Source: Guillardia theta CCMP2712 (taxonomy: Eukaryota > Protista > Cryptophyta). Taken from it: 64,000 nucleotides of DNA. This document shows positions 50,336-63,000 of the stretch, piece by piece. The stretch lies in NCBI RefSeq assembly GCF_000315625.1, contig NW_005434465.1, positions 8,596 to 72,595 of the forward strand, written 5' to 3'. The notes beneath the pieces were generated by a model. It saw only the letters and a list, made by a program, of their open reading frames with translations, ran no database searches and was not told the DNA's origin. The translations under genes and the position numbers were made by a program. Positions within the stretch are counted from its first letter, which is position 1. Each line of letters starts with the position of its first letter.

Positions 50336-52725
50336 TCAGACTTGCCTGACCTCCGAGGCCTTGTCGATGGATCGCCGGCTGACGGGTGAGAGCGAGCGAT
50401 GGCCCCGAGGGTTCAACTGCTCCAGCTTGACGTTAGTCCCCCGGCACCCTCGGCCCTCCTCTCACCATCGTCACTTGACGCTCGCTCTCGCGTCGCCGGA
50501 AGCGAGCGGCTTGTTGGACAAGCTCGTACTCGAGGGCCCTGAGCTCGATCTCCTTCCCCTCCTTGTAGTCCTGGTAGAACTTCCTCGCCCTGTCCATCAT
50601 CTCTCGCATCTCCGCCAGCTTCTTCTCAAGCGACTCTCTTGTCTCGTGCTCGTCAACGGCAGGAAACTCTTGTCCTTTCGACCTTGTCAGTCGCTCCATG
50701 TGTTGATGTACCTCCTCAAGCATGTTGGGGAGCTGCAAAGAAGTCACTCAGGGAAGGACAGAAGGCAGCGGTGAAGTACCTGCTCGCTCCTCGTCTCTCC
50801 GCTCCTCTCGCCTCCTCTCGCTAGCTCGTGGAGGCTGATTATCCTGACAGCCAGCTGATCCACAAGGGCATCCTGCTGCCTCATCCTTTCCTGCAGCATG
50901 CTCCTCTCTTTCCCCATCTCTTGCAGCGACTGGCTGAGATCTCTTTCCGCCTGCGAGATCACTTCGCATCGCATCCTCCACCTCTCCGCCTCATCCCTCG
51001 CCGACTTCCTCTCCTGCTGCGTGGCCTGTAAGTTCTGCCTCGCCTCCAGCAGCTCGCCTTCCATCCTCGCCATCTTCGATCGCATTTCCGCGAGCTCCCC
51101 ACGGGTCTGCTGCAGCACGAGGCTCATCGATGCTTCTCTCCCTCTCGCGTCCTCTCTCTCTGCCGTCACTTGCTCTAGCTGCGCCCTCAGCTCAGTCTGC
51201 CTCCCTCCGCCACCAGCTGATCGCCAGCTGATCCTTGTCGCTCGTCCGAGTTCTTGTTTGCCTCGACACGCTTCGCGAGCTTCCCGACGGCCATGACGGT
51301 CTCGTTGAGATGCTTCTGAGTCTCGTTGGCTGACTCCAGCAGCGTCATCACGCGCTTGATCTCATCCTCCTCGCTTCGCTCCACATCGGCTGTCATGGAC
51401 TTGAACCCGATCCCGAGCTCCTCCACAGCTGCAAGCGCTTCCCGCATCTCCTCCTGCGCCGCTCGGGTCTGCGCGAGCACATACTGCCTGTCCCTCTCGT
51501 ACTCCTGCAGACTCTCCTGGAGTGACAGCCGGTTGGACTGCAGCTGCTCGATCTCCTCCTTTCTCTGCGTCGCCTCGCGCTTGAGTTCTTCGATGCTGGC
51601 GAGCAGCATGGTTCTCTCTAACGACAGAGCCTTCACGTCCTGCTGCAGCCGCCCTGTCTCAGCCCCTCCTCTTCCACTCTCATCGACATGCTGGTGGCCG
51701 TTGGAGGCAGAGGGACTGGAGGACTGAGGCTGAGGTGCCGCAAGCCTGATGGGCAGGCGGGGTCGAGAAATCACAGGTGCCTTATGCGGGTTAACTTCTT
51801 CAGTCGCAGGGGCAGAAGGCTTGACAGGTTGGTGCTGGCTGAGACTGCGTTCTATGGGCAGGCGAGGGACAGCAGCTGGTCGCGTTCGTGCCAGCTCTTG
51901 AACGTCTGCTGCCTCCTCCATGACCTTGACGGACCTTGAAGCAGGAGCAAGGTAGGTGGGACTCAACGAGCTGCGGTCGGGTAACGATATTCTTGACGCA
52001 TCCAACCAGGAAGGGGGGTAGGAGGAGGAAGAGAGCGGGGGAGAGGAGCAGCTTTCTGCGTCCTCTTCAGTCATCACCTGCGTCCTCTTAAGCTTCACGT
52101 TGATCAACCTGAACTTTCCTCGCTCGTCTCTCCTCGCTTCCCCAGCCACCACGTAGCGCTTCACCGTCAGGTCGACCATCTCCCCAACTCCCCCTGACAG
52201 CATCGACTTCACCATCCCCACGTTGTGCGGCACACGCTGCCCGTCGATGGCGAAGATGACGTCTCCGTTGCACAGCCAGCCAGTCCTGAGGGGAACGCAC
52301 AGCCAGTCAGCCGAGTGCCATCAGCATCGAGCAAGAAAATCAGCGCCGACCTGGCAGCGGGGCTCCCGGCGATGATAGACTCGATGACGACCTCCCCTCG
52401 CTCGTTGGGGATGATGACAAGCCCGCAGTGACCTCGCAGGTTTAGAGGAGGAGAGAGGCTTCTTGCGTTCCTCTGCTTTGGCTCCTCCCTCTCTGCCGAT
52501 GGGCTCCGTTGAGCGCCATGGTGCTTATAGCGGTTGTCATGCGGCGCATGCTCGCCCATGAGGGAACCAGCGCTGTTGAAGAGCTCCTCTCCAAGCTTCG
52601 TGAAGCGATCGAAGATCCCAGGCTCCTCCATCTGCTACCACAAGAGACTGTCAGATCATGAAGTTTGACACAGGAGAAGCCGTCAACAATGTCCTTCACC
52701 TCCTGAGGCTGTTCTCCTCCATCAT
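50336..52725 (-). CDS. PDZ-domain plus long coiled-coil protein, multi-exon
   Basis: PDZ: GHCGLVI...VVIESIIAGSPAAR|..GDVIFAIDGQRV...VKSMLSGGVGEMVDLTVKR; then extensive E/Q/R/L heptads. Confidence 0.8.
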
Positions 52726-52844
52726 GAAGAGTTTCGTTTCCTCCCTCTCTTCTTTCTTCTTCTCTCTTTGTTCTCCTACTCTTCCGCCTCTCTCAGTTCC
52801 AAGTCCGATCTCTACCCCTCATCCTCCTTGTCCTTGTCGTTGTC

Positions 52845-52886
<42 letters not shown>

Positions 52887-54090
52887 CTCCTCTTCTCCTT
52901 CGGCATTTTCTCTTCGGAGTTCTGTCGCCGGTCTCGTTTTTTTGTCATTGCTTTATTGACTGAAAAAGAAGGGCAAACCGGAGCAAACAAAGGAGGGGGA
53001 GGATAAGGCCTACAAACCCGCCTCAATAAAATACTAGGAAACGAAGGAGGCAGCGAAAACCGGCACTCCAACCACGTAAGCGACGGCATGCACGACAAGC
53101 AGGGGAACAAGGATCAGGACAAAGAGCAGTAGCGCAAGGCTGAGATGAGATGAGATGAGATGAGAAGAGGAGAGAAGAGAAGACAAGAGATGAGATGACA
53201 AGAGAAGAGATGAGATCAGAAGAGATGAGAAGAGAAGAGAAGAGAAGAGAAGAGAAGAGAAGAGAAGAGAAGAGAAGAGAAGAGATGAGATGAGATGAGA
53301 TGAGATGAGAAGAGGAGAGAAGAGAAGAGATGAGAAGAGAAGAGATGAGATCAGAAGAGATGAGAAGAGAAGAGAAGAGAAGAGATGAGATGACAAAAGA
53401 AGAGAAGAGAAGAGATGAGAAGAGAAGAGATGAGATGAGATGACAAGAGAAGAGAAGAGAAGAGAAGAGATGAGATGAGATGAGATGAGATGAGGAGAGA
53501 AGAGAAGAGAAGAGATGAGATGAGATGAGAAGAGGAGAGATGAGTCGAGATGAGAAGAGAAGAGAAGAGAAGAGAAGAGATGAGATGAGATGAGATGAGA
53601 TGAGATGAGAAGGGAGGGGAGAAAAGGAGCAAAAGAAAGAGGCTGAGGTGGAGTAAGGTGAGGTCAGAAGAGACAAGAGAGGAGATTTTAGAGGAGGAGA
53701 GAGGCTTCTTGCGTTCCTCTGCTTTGGCTCCTCCCTCTCTGCCGATGGGCTCCGTTGAGCGCCATGGTGCTTATAGCGGTTGTCATGCGGCGCATGCTCG
53801 CCCATGAGGGAACCAGCGCTGTTGAAGAGCTCCTCTCCAAGCTTCGTGAAGCGATCGAAGATCCCAGGCTCCTCCATCTGCTACCACAAGAGACTGTCAG
53901 ATCATGAAGTTTGACACAGGAGAAGCCGTCAACAATGTCCTTCACCTCCTGAGGCTGTTCTCCTCCATCATGAAGAGTTTCGTTTCCTCCCTCTCTTCTT
54001 TCTTCTTCTCTCTTTGTTCTCCTACTCTTCCGCCTCTCTCAGTTCCAAGTCCGATCTCTACCCCTCATCCTCCTTGTCCTTGTCGTTGTC

Positions 54091-54138
<48 letters not shown>

Positions 54139-54965
54139 CTCCTCCTCCTCCTCCTCCTCCTCCTCCTCGTCCTCGTCCTCCTCCTCTTCTCCTTCGGCAT
54201 TTTCTCTTCGGTCTCGTTTTTTTGTCATTGCTTTATTGACTGAAAAAGAAGGGCAAACCGGAGCAAACAAAGGAGGGGGAGGATAAGGCCTACAAACCCG
54301 CCTCAATAAAATACTAGGAAACGAAGGAGGCAGCGAAAACCGGCACTCCAACCACGTAAGCGACGGCATGCACGACAAGCAGGGGAACAAGGATCAGGAC
54401 AAAGAGCAGTAGCGCAAGGCTGAGATGAGATGAGATGAGATGAGAAGAGGAGAGAAGAGAAGAGAAGAGATGAGATGACAAGAGAAGAGATGAGATCAGA
54501 AGAGATGAGAAGAGAAGAGAAGAGAAGAGAAGAGAGAGAGAGAGAAAGAGAGTGAGATGAGATGAGAAGAGAAGAGAAGAGAAGAGAAGAGAAGAGAAGA
54601 GAAGAGAAGAGAAGAGATGACAAGAGAAGAGATGAGAAGAGAAGGGAAGAGATGAGAAGCGAAGAGAAGAGATGAGAAGAGAAGAGAAGAGATGAGAAGA
54701 GAAGAGATGAGAAGAGAAGAGAAGAGATGAGAAGAGATGAGAAGANNNNNNNNNNNNNNNNNNNNNNNNNNNNNNNNNNNNNNNNNNNNNNNNNNNNNNN
54801 NNNNNNNNNNNNNNNNNNNNNNNNNNNNNNNNNNNNNNNNNNNNNGAGAAGAGATGAGATGAGATGAGATGAGATGAGATGAGATGAGATGAGAAGGGAG
54901 GGGAGAAAAGGAGCAAAAGAAAGAGGCTGAGGTGGAGTAAGGTGAGGTCAGAAGAGACAAGAGAG
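52441..54965. repeat. ~1.25-kb tandem duplication of the PDZ gene 5' end, including (GAGAA/GAGAT)n tracts
   Basis: Identical ORFs at 52442-52699 and 53688-53945 (offset 1246); the upstream flank and microsatellite are also repeated. Confidence 0.9.
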
Positions 54966-55236
54966 GAGAGGGGAGGGGGGGGGAGGGGTAGAGCAAGGGG
55001 TGGAGAGGAAGAGAGGGTTGCGACAAGAGAGAAAAAGAAAGGGCGAGGTGAGGAGGTTGTGTAACAAGAGAAGAAAACAGTGGAGCATGCAAGGAAGAAT
55101 CTCCCGTGCTAATCTCTGCATGCAGATGGCCGATGAGCCAACTCTAAAGATATGTAGAACTAATGTACAACTATGCCTAAAATGATGCTAAGTCATAATC
55201 TGATGTAGCACACCATCATCCTTAAAACTTCACTGA

Positions 55237-57122
55237 TCAGTCAAAAAGGTCCCTTTGGACAGTACTCGCGGCGCTACATTCCGACTCTTGACTCGAAGTG
55301 GGAGATGCGCTAGTATTCGATCCACACTGACGCCCAGCCGCATACTGTAACGCCTCCGGACTGTTTTCTGGACTCATCGCGGCACCTTGGACAGGATTAC
55401 CGCAAGACAGAATCTCAGGGCCATCAGGTCCCATGACATATTGCTCTTTCGGGTCGTATTCTTCGCCAAACGCGTTTCGCAAGCATTGTGAACAATCGAA
55501 TGCCATCCCTTCCTCCAGGCCGCCGTAACAAGACATAAGCAGCAGACTTGATTTCCCATTTGGCAAATCTCCGTAAAAATAATTCGTCATTGCGTTCATG
55601 GATCGGAGCGAAAGAAGAAGAGGGTGTGGTGCCGTGTGAAGCTCTATATGTTGCTCTTCCTGACTGTCTCCTTTGAACGTGATCACGCGAAAACATGGCA
55701 GTGCCGCCGCCACTGGCTGCCCAGTTTCAGACTTAAGTCCCTCGAAAGCCTTGACTTTCTTCTCCTTTGTCAACTTATCCCTGAGCTTATCGCACCCTGA
55801 GACTTTTTTGGAAAGGAAACGCCTGGAGTCTTGGTTCCAGAATCTGTTTTCTTGCAGCAGCGTTTCCAGACTTTTGGGAGCTTCGCACTGAATCAAACAA
55901 ACGTCCTTGTAAAGAATTTGAATGTGCTGTAGGGCCTGATGTAGCACCTCCCTGTCATCTAGAACATGTCATTGGTACGGTCAACACATTCAATGCTACA
56001 GTACCTTGATACAAGGTGGGAAGCAAATACTTCTGCTTCATCGGACGGCAGATTTCCTTGACGAGAGACTCTTCGTCCAAATGATGTTGTTCGTACTCTG
56101 AGTTCTTCAGAACAGCTTCAGTATCAAGTTGAAAGAAAGTTTCTTTGTAGACGTTTTTGTCAACACCGATCAAAATCGCTTTGTACCCTTCGCCTTTCCA
56201 CTCGAATTGCTGCTGAGGAGATAGGAGTGGAAGCAACATCAGAGCTGCTTTGCTGTCCAAATGTTCGCGTTGGCCACCAAGGAAGATAAAGTTGAAAGGA
56301 AGGTCCGCAATGCCTGGTATGTGGTTGTTGTCCTCATCATAACACCCAAACAAAACCTTCTTAGCGACGTCATCCGACCGCAAGCCCTCTGGAAGAGCAT
56401 TCTGCACAATAATCCCCCAGTCGATTCGACATGCAGCACTGTTTGGGACCAAGTGCGATCGCTCTACCAAGCCTGAGTTAACTTTACAGCCCTCCAGGTC
56501 AAAAGCTTTCTCCCTGTCATGTCCCTTCTTGCAATCTTTATCGGCGGGTAAGTTCTGCGCGGCCTGAAGAAAAGCCAGACAAACGTTTTGCCGAAATACT
56601 GCAGGAGCCTTTGGAAGCTGGAGAAAGGTAGAGCAAAGGTCGTCAAAGTAACCAAATCGTAGATTGCACGCTATTTGTTTCGTGAGCTCAGATACGTTTA
56701 AGGCTCGAGTCTTCTCGTCGTACTCTTCTCTGAAGGCTCGAATCTTGTCGTCGTACTCTTGTTTCTCGCGCCTTAAAGTAGTGTTATCTTGCTCTAAAGC
56801 TCGAATCTTGTCGTCGTACTCTTCTCTCAAGGCTCGAATCTTGTCGTCGTACTCTTCTCTTAAGGCTCGAATCTTGTCGTCGTACTCAGGCTCGAATCTT
56901 CTCGTCGTACTCTTCTTTTAAGGCTCGAATCTTCTCGTCGTACTCTTCTCTCAAGGCTCGAATCTTGTCGTCGTACTCTTGTTTCTCGCGCCTTAAAGTA
57001 GTGTTATCTTGCTCTAAAGCTCGAGTCTTGTCGTCCAAGGCTTGAAACCTCTTGTCGTTATCTAGCCTCAGAGCTTCCAGCTGTCTGCCTAGAGCCTCCA
57101 GCGCTCCCTCCGACGCTGCCAT
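55237..57122 (-). pseudogene. Coiled-coil-repeat + HNH-like nuclease (CR-effector-like) gene, frameshifted inside the repeat
   Basis: REEYDDKIRAL repeats; LVERSHLVP...DLPFNFIFL..QREHLDSKAALMLLP and PHPLLL resemble the HNH_2 type; 46-nt GT-AG intron 55959-56004 joins the two ORFs in frame; an 8-nt deletion near 56888 breaks the frame. Confidence 0.6.
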
Positions 57123-57389
57123 GAGCAAGTTTGTGGACCAGGATGCTGCCAGGGGTACCTCATCAGAGATTTGGGGGTAGGGGGTAGAAAAAAGGCGGGA
57201 AAATATCCGTTGACTCCTCATAACGGAAGCTTTGCTGCCGCCGGTAGCCTTTCTTTTAAGTTAAAAATCACAGGACAATCGGTAATGTTCAGAGCAGGGC
57301 ATGCAGTTGAAGGAAGCGATATATTTCTTGTACTTTCCGGCAGCGCACGGGACGCATCCATTGGAACCATCGAAGTTGGTGTAGCCAGC

Positions 57390-57960
57390 TACGCACTGGC
57401 AGTCTAAGAGCCAGCAGCGGAAGCGGTGAAGGCGGGACAGCGATTGCAGGCCTTGTCCAAAGCGTATGCTTCAGAATAGGACAGGGAGCGCAGACGTCGC
57501 CAAGGTTGCTCTTGATCGTTGCAGGCCCACAGGTACGCGGATTGCCAGGCCCGAGAAGTCTGCGTCCATCTTATCGGGCTGACCAGCATCGTAGATATAC
57601 GTCTTTGTAGTATCCAACAGGGCAAAGGCAAAGCTCCAGATCCGTCACACCTTCAAAGGAATGCAGGCCGGCAGGGCAGAGCAGGGGAGATGCGCTGTAG
57701 CACGTCCGACGGGGCATTTCTGGCAGCTTCCGGCGCCCCTTTCGGACTTGTAAGTGTTAAAAGGGCAGGGAGCGTAGCCGTTGGTCGTCAGAAGGTAATC
57801 CGGGCAAGGCACGCATGTTCCATTGGCCGCCGCGCGCCGTACTGTAGAATCCAGAGCCGCAGACGCAGTCGCTGAACGAAGTGCTGCCGGAATAGTAGGT
57901 GGAATACGGCGCTGGGCAGGATTCACAGCCGTAATTTCCGATCACGCTCTCGCTCGATGG
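57390..57960 (-). pseudogene. Fragment of a Cys-rich TNFR/ephrin-receptor-like (GCC2_GCC3-type) repeat protein
   Basis: CESCPAPYST...DCVCGSGFY; CVPCP; CPFNTYKS..G.GSCQKCP; CNRCPAFTAS, scattered over different frames with stops. Confidence 0.6.
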
Positions 57961-58966
57961 GAGGCTGCAGCAAGGGGAGGAGAACGCTTCCAACGCTTCC
58001 CGTGAAACCGTTTGGGATGCTTCTTGCATGCTCTGACGCCCATTCAGATGTCTTGAGCCAGTGGGATTACGGGGAGGTTCAATGTAGGAATTCAAGCCTA
58101 GACGGGAGACTGACGGGAGAGCAAGCTAGTACGAGGCGAGCGGAGACTCTGTGGAGGACAGAGGCGGGAAGTAGCTCGTAGGTTGTAAAACTTCAAGGTT
58201 GCCTTCCCTCTTCTTTCCTGGCGTGTCAAGTTGTCACATTCACCGTACGGTATTATTGCGGACCTGGCTGGTACGGTGATCACAGTCATGGAGTGAAAAG
58301 ACATACCGTGATCTGATCGGACTCGGAGGGTTTGCTTCGCCGAGGCCGTTGACTCGTCACAGGCCGTCGGGCTCGGTTGTCATGATTCTGCCTGCCGCGT
58401 GCGTTCACAGGTAGCTGACGGACGATGGAACGAATGAGACTTGTGTTGAAGTTCAGGATCATTGAGTTTACTCGTTTACATTCAGGTTATCTACATATGA
58501 TAAATGCCGTGACTTAATACAATTCCTTTCTCAAATCTCAAAGTCTAGAACCAAGTCGCTCCAGAGGGAAAGACGAAAGGAGGAAAATGATGCTGTAGAC
58601 GAGAATGTGTGTCAGAGAAGAGCATGAATGCAAAGAAGCAAGAGAGAAGGTTCCTTGTCTGCTGGCAAGGTACGAGTTGAGGCTGGGCCCAAGCCATGTG
58701 AAAGAGTGTGATGCGAGGAGACTATGATGAGAAGAATGTTGCAGTCAGTCTTGCAGTGCACAAGTTGGTGAAGAATGAAGAACGCTGCAGTCAGTCTTGC
58801 AGTGCAGAAGTTGGTGAAGCCGCCAAGGAGCATGAACTAGGATTCACAGAGCAGTCTTAGTGGGATCCTTCGCTGTCTTGTGCTAGTGACTGCATCCTGG
58901 GGATTTCTGACGGCACTGTCACGACCTCTCGGAGGCTTCAGAGCCTGACCTTGCTCCTGCTACAGG

Positions 58967-59167
58967 TCTTCCCTCGACCCTTCGAGCCCGTCCTAGGGGA
59001 GTACAAGAGCTTCGACGCGAGCGTCATGAAGTTGCACCACCAGTGGGCTCGAGCAGCATGCATCGATTTCTTCGCAGTCTCCTGGGGAGGGGACGGGACG
59101 CGGGCGCCAAACAAGCAGGGGAGTGTGGATGGGCAATGTAAGCTAGTGGACAGCGAGGGCAAGCAGG
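58967..59167 (+). pseudogene. Isolated glycoside hydrolase family 99-like (endo-alpha-mannosidase-like) exon fragment
   Basis: PVLGEYKSFDASVMKLHHQWARAACIDFFAVSW resembles the GH99 N-terminal motif; it runs into a (GAGAA/GAGAT)n tract and no downstream exons are seen. Confidence 0.6.
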
Positions 59168-59415
59168 AAGAGAAGAGAAGAGAAGAGAAGAGAAGAGAAG
59201 AGATGAGATGAGATGAGATGAGATGAGAAGAGGAGAGAAGAGAAGAGAAGAGATGAGATGACAAGAGAAGAGATGAGATCAGAAGAGATGAGAAGAGAAG
59301 AGATGAGATGAGATGAGAAGAGAAGAGAAGAGATGAGATGAGATGAGATGAGATGAGATGAGATGAGATGAGAAGAGGAGAGAAGAGAAGAGATGAGAAG
59401 AGAAGAGATGAGAAG
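59168..59415 (+). repeat. (GAGAA/GAGAT)n pentanucleotide microsatellite
   Basis: Directly visible; same family as 53140-53610 and 54420-54895. Confidence 0.95.
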
Positions 59416-60018
59416 ATTTGTCAGGGACAGCTTGACACTCCAGCCCGCCTCAGGCAACGAGGTTTAGTTTAGCTCGTGATGGTTTAGGTTTTGGATTTAG
59501 TTCAGCTCAAGAGTTTAGTTATAGAAATGTCCATGGAGCCCGCAATCGAGAACCATCGTAGGGTGGTGGTTATGAACATAGTGGTAGGGGGTAGTCATCT
59601 ATTTCTGAGATACCCGCAGAGTCTCTGTGAAGTATAAGTCTTCTCAAATTGAAATTGATAAGGTATCTACCCTCCTCCTTACACGATGATGTTGAAACGA
59701 GAAATATGGGTAGGGGTAGTCCTTTTGCTGGGGACCATCGATAAGATGAGGTGTCCCGGCATGGCAACAAAGGACCATGGCAAAAGGGCGAGTAAGGGAG
59801 GAGGACGATAATGGCGATGAGGCTGACAATGCTGAGATACGAGGAAAGATGCAGTGCAGTGAAGAGCGGCGCCGAAACGAAAGCGATGATAGTCGTGAGG
59901 GGAGGAAGGGGAGGAAGGGGAGGAAGGGTTGCAAGCAAGGCATGGTTGATAGTCCGCACTAGGCTGAGTGAGAGAGATGTGAGCTTCACGGAACGCGCAC
60001 GTCTAGTGCCAAGAATGG

Positions 60019-63000
60019 AATGGAGATGTAGGGTCATGTGATTCTTCCAAAGCCCTGACATCTTTGATTTGGCCAGCATGACGCTATTCAAGCGAACCGA
60101 AGCCAACATGGAAGAGCTGGAGGCCCAGATGTCAGCAATTGAAAACGAGGGCGACGTGACATGTGCCAAGGACAAGCTGTACAACCTCACATCTATGTGA
60201 GCCTCCTTTGTCTCCTTGCTCCTTCTCTCCTCATCTCTTGACTGATTCTTCAGGGTTGACGAGATGGGATCCAACGTGGTCAAGCTGCGCAAGGCTGCTC
60301 AAGAGAGCGACCCTGTGAGACATGTTGTGTTGCTTCGGTGTTGCTAGACTAAACTCCATCATGCCTACTGAAGACGAAGCGCACCTACGGCGAGCAGATG
60401 GCCATCAAAGTTCTAGCGCTTTGCGATCGGTTTGATTCTCTCCAACCTAGGTTCAACTCTATTGCAGAAAAGATCAGCAGTGGTTGATGCCGACTCCGCC
60501 CATTTCGTCTTAATCTAACTTTCATGACAGATTTCGAAGCGCACATGAAGAAAGTCAGAGCCCAGGAGGCAGAGAATGCTGCCAAAGCTGCCCGAGAGGT
60601 GACGAGTTACTAGCGCCGATTCATCCACTGACATTTTATCTTGTTCCTGGTGTGCAGGCAGCGGAAGCTGAACGGTTGAGACAGCAAGCACAAGAGCAAA
60701 AGCAACAACATCAGGTTTGATTCTGTTCATCTGCAAGTTTTTACGCTGATGCTGAAAATGATCAGAACGAAGTAGTGATGAAGGAATCAGAAGGTACACG
60801 CCAAAGTCTCAGCATCCTTGCACTGACTCATGGAAGCCGTTGCCTCTCCTCCGGTAGCTGAGCAGAGAATGTCGGACATTGTTCAACAGCCAATTCCAGC
60901 ACAAGCTTCTGCCCCCAAAGTCACCCAGGTGATAACCTAATTCAAGTCCAGGCCGGTAAAGTTTTGACCGTCCAGCAGGCTGTACCGTCAACTCCATCCC
61001 AGGCGATAGCGCCCATGGAGGAGACCATGGTACAGTATCTTACATGAGCGTTCTGCGGCTCACTTTCGCTCTTACAGCCGCCAAACACTTCTCCGGTTGT
61101 CCCTCCGAACCCCGATGTCAAAATGTCCACCGAAGAATTCGAGATTAATATCAAGTCAAACGTGTCCGGTATGTATAGAAATTCAACCCATCTCTGAACA
61201 GATGTCCTAGTGCTCACTATGATCCCTAGGAGAAGGAAATGGGAAGCTAACCGTTCCATCTGCAGAGATTACAGTGAGCAGCAATTCTGATCCTTCTGGC
61301 CACACTCTTGCTCATCTTGACTTGTTGTTTGGTCCTTCTTTGTATCTGCTAACGATCCTTCCTTCAGGTACAAGATCTGAAGCAGCGGATAGAGAACATG
61401 TTCGGCCATGCGGCAGGTGAGAGGAAGAGATCCGCTCTTGCGCTATTGATTCTGTTGTCAGCTGCTCAAAGACTCATATTCAGTGGCAAAGTTCTTGACA
61501 ACGCCAAGCGACTGTCTGACTACAATGTAGATTCTTGTGTTGGTTGCAGATCGATATCACTGACCGATGCCTACAGATCAAAGGAAACTGCAGTCTCCAT
61601 CTTGTCGTATCTCAGGTACCGTGGCATTTATATTAAGTGAAGCTGAGTCGTCTGTTCTATTCTTGCTTTTTCCTTTTCTGTTCAGGCCATCGCGACAGCA
61701 GCAAAATCGCCCACCACTGCAGCAGCTGGCAAAGATACTTCACTCGCATCATTGTGCGGGAAAGTGAATCACCTGCTGAGAGGAGCCACTGAAATGCGGC
61801 AGCTCCTGAATCAGGTCCATCCCAGTGCCCTCCCTTGCCCACCTGACCAAGGTTGCGGCAGGCTGGGGACATGCTTGTCGTTGTGGATTGGATGGCACCA
61901 TGGTATGCCATCTGGTGTTGTGAGAGCCGCTCAGACGAGATGACAAGTTCACAGGTGTGGTCCTTGTAGAGCCATCGCCCCGAAGTTCGAGGCGCTGTCG
62001 TACAAGCATCAGGACGTCGTCTTTGTCAAGGTGTGTGCAAGTTGGTCCGCCGGTCACTCTTACTGTTTGACAACCTCAGGTGGATACGGAGGCATCTGGA
62101 GAGAACAAAGCCCTGGCCATGGAGGCAGGTGTGGAAGCAGGACCGCAGGCTCCACTTTCTCTCATGCGCACCTACAGGGATTGCAGCGTTTCCGACTTTC
62201 CACTTCTACGTGAATGCACAGGTGGCACCACTCTCCCTCTTTCTTGTTCAGTTTTGTCTCTCGACCGATATCCTTGACTTGTGTTCTAAATTTTATTTCA
62301 GCGAACGTACGAGTTTGTGGGGGCCGATGTTGTTGCTTTGGAGAGGGCCATAAATGAGCGCAAACCGAAGACATCGAGCAATGCACCTCGCCCTGAAGCT
62401 ATTTCTGCAGGTATGGCTTCCTGTTGTCTTTCTCTACTTACCGTCTTCTAGATGGGGCCAAGGCGAGCAAGACGGAATCACTGACACAAGATGTGATCCC
62501 TCCACGGTTGCAAGTCTTGGTCTGATTCTATTTCTAGGTGAAAGCAGCCCTCTGGATCCTGAAGAGATCTTGTGGATCAGACTCTGATTTTGTTTCTGCT
62601 ACAAAGGTGAGGGCGAAAGAAGTTTTGCCAGCTCTGAAGGTTTCCCGTAGACGCTCTTGACCTTCATCAGCAACTGTGTCAACCATCCCAATGAACCGAA
62701 ATATCGCAAAATCCGTGAGAAATCTTTGCCGTTGGAGTTCAACCGATGACATGTTGAAAGGCAAGGGCAACACGACCTTTCAAGCGCGTCTAGGGAACAA
62801 GCATGGAGGAGTAGAAGCGCTTGTAGCCTTCGGTTTCAAAGAGGTCGACGAGCCGTGACATTCCCTTTGTGACTTGAACTTAAGGTCGCTGAGGGGATGC
62901 CGCCTGAAGATTACCTGGTGTTGGAAGAGGTCGACGCTGCGGCGATCCCCTAGTGTCGTAAGCTGAGATGCATGAAGGTCACTCCCGAAATGGTTCAAGT

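Noticed and set aside
48906-50774. Multiple Arg/Pro/Ala-rich ORFs
   Set aside because: Expected in very GC-rich stop-poor sequence; no domain or splice structure.
53023-55092. SSLLF/SSHLI-repeat ORFs
   Set aside because: Artefacts of (GAGAA/GAGAT)n pentanucleotide repeats.
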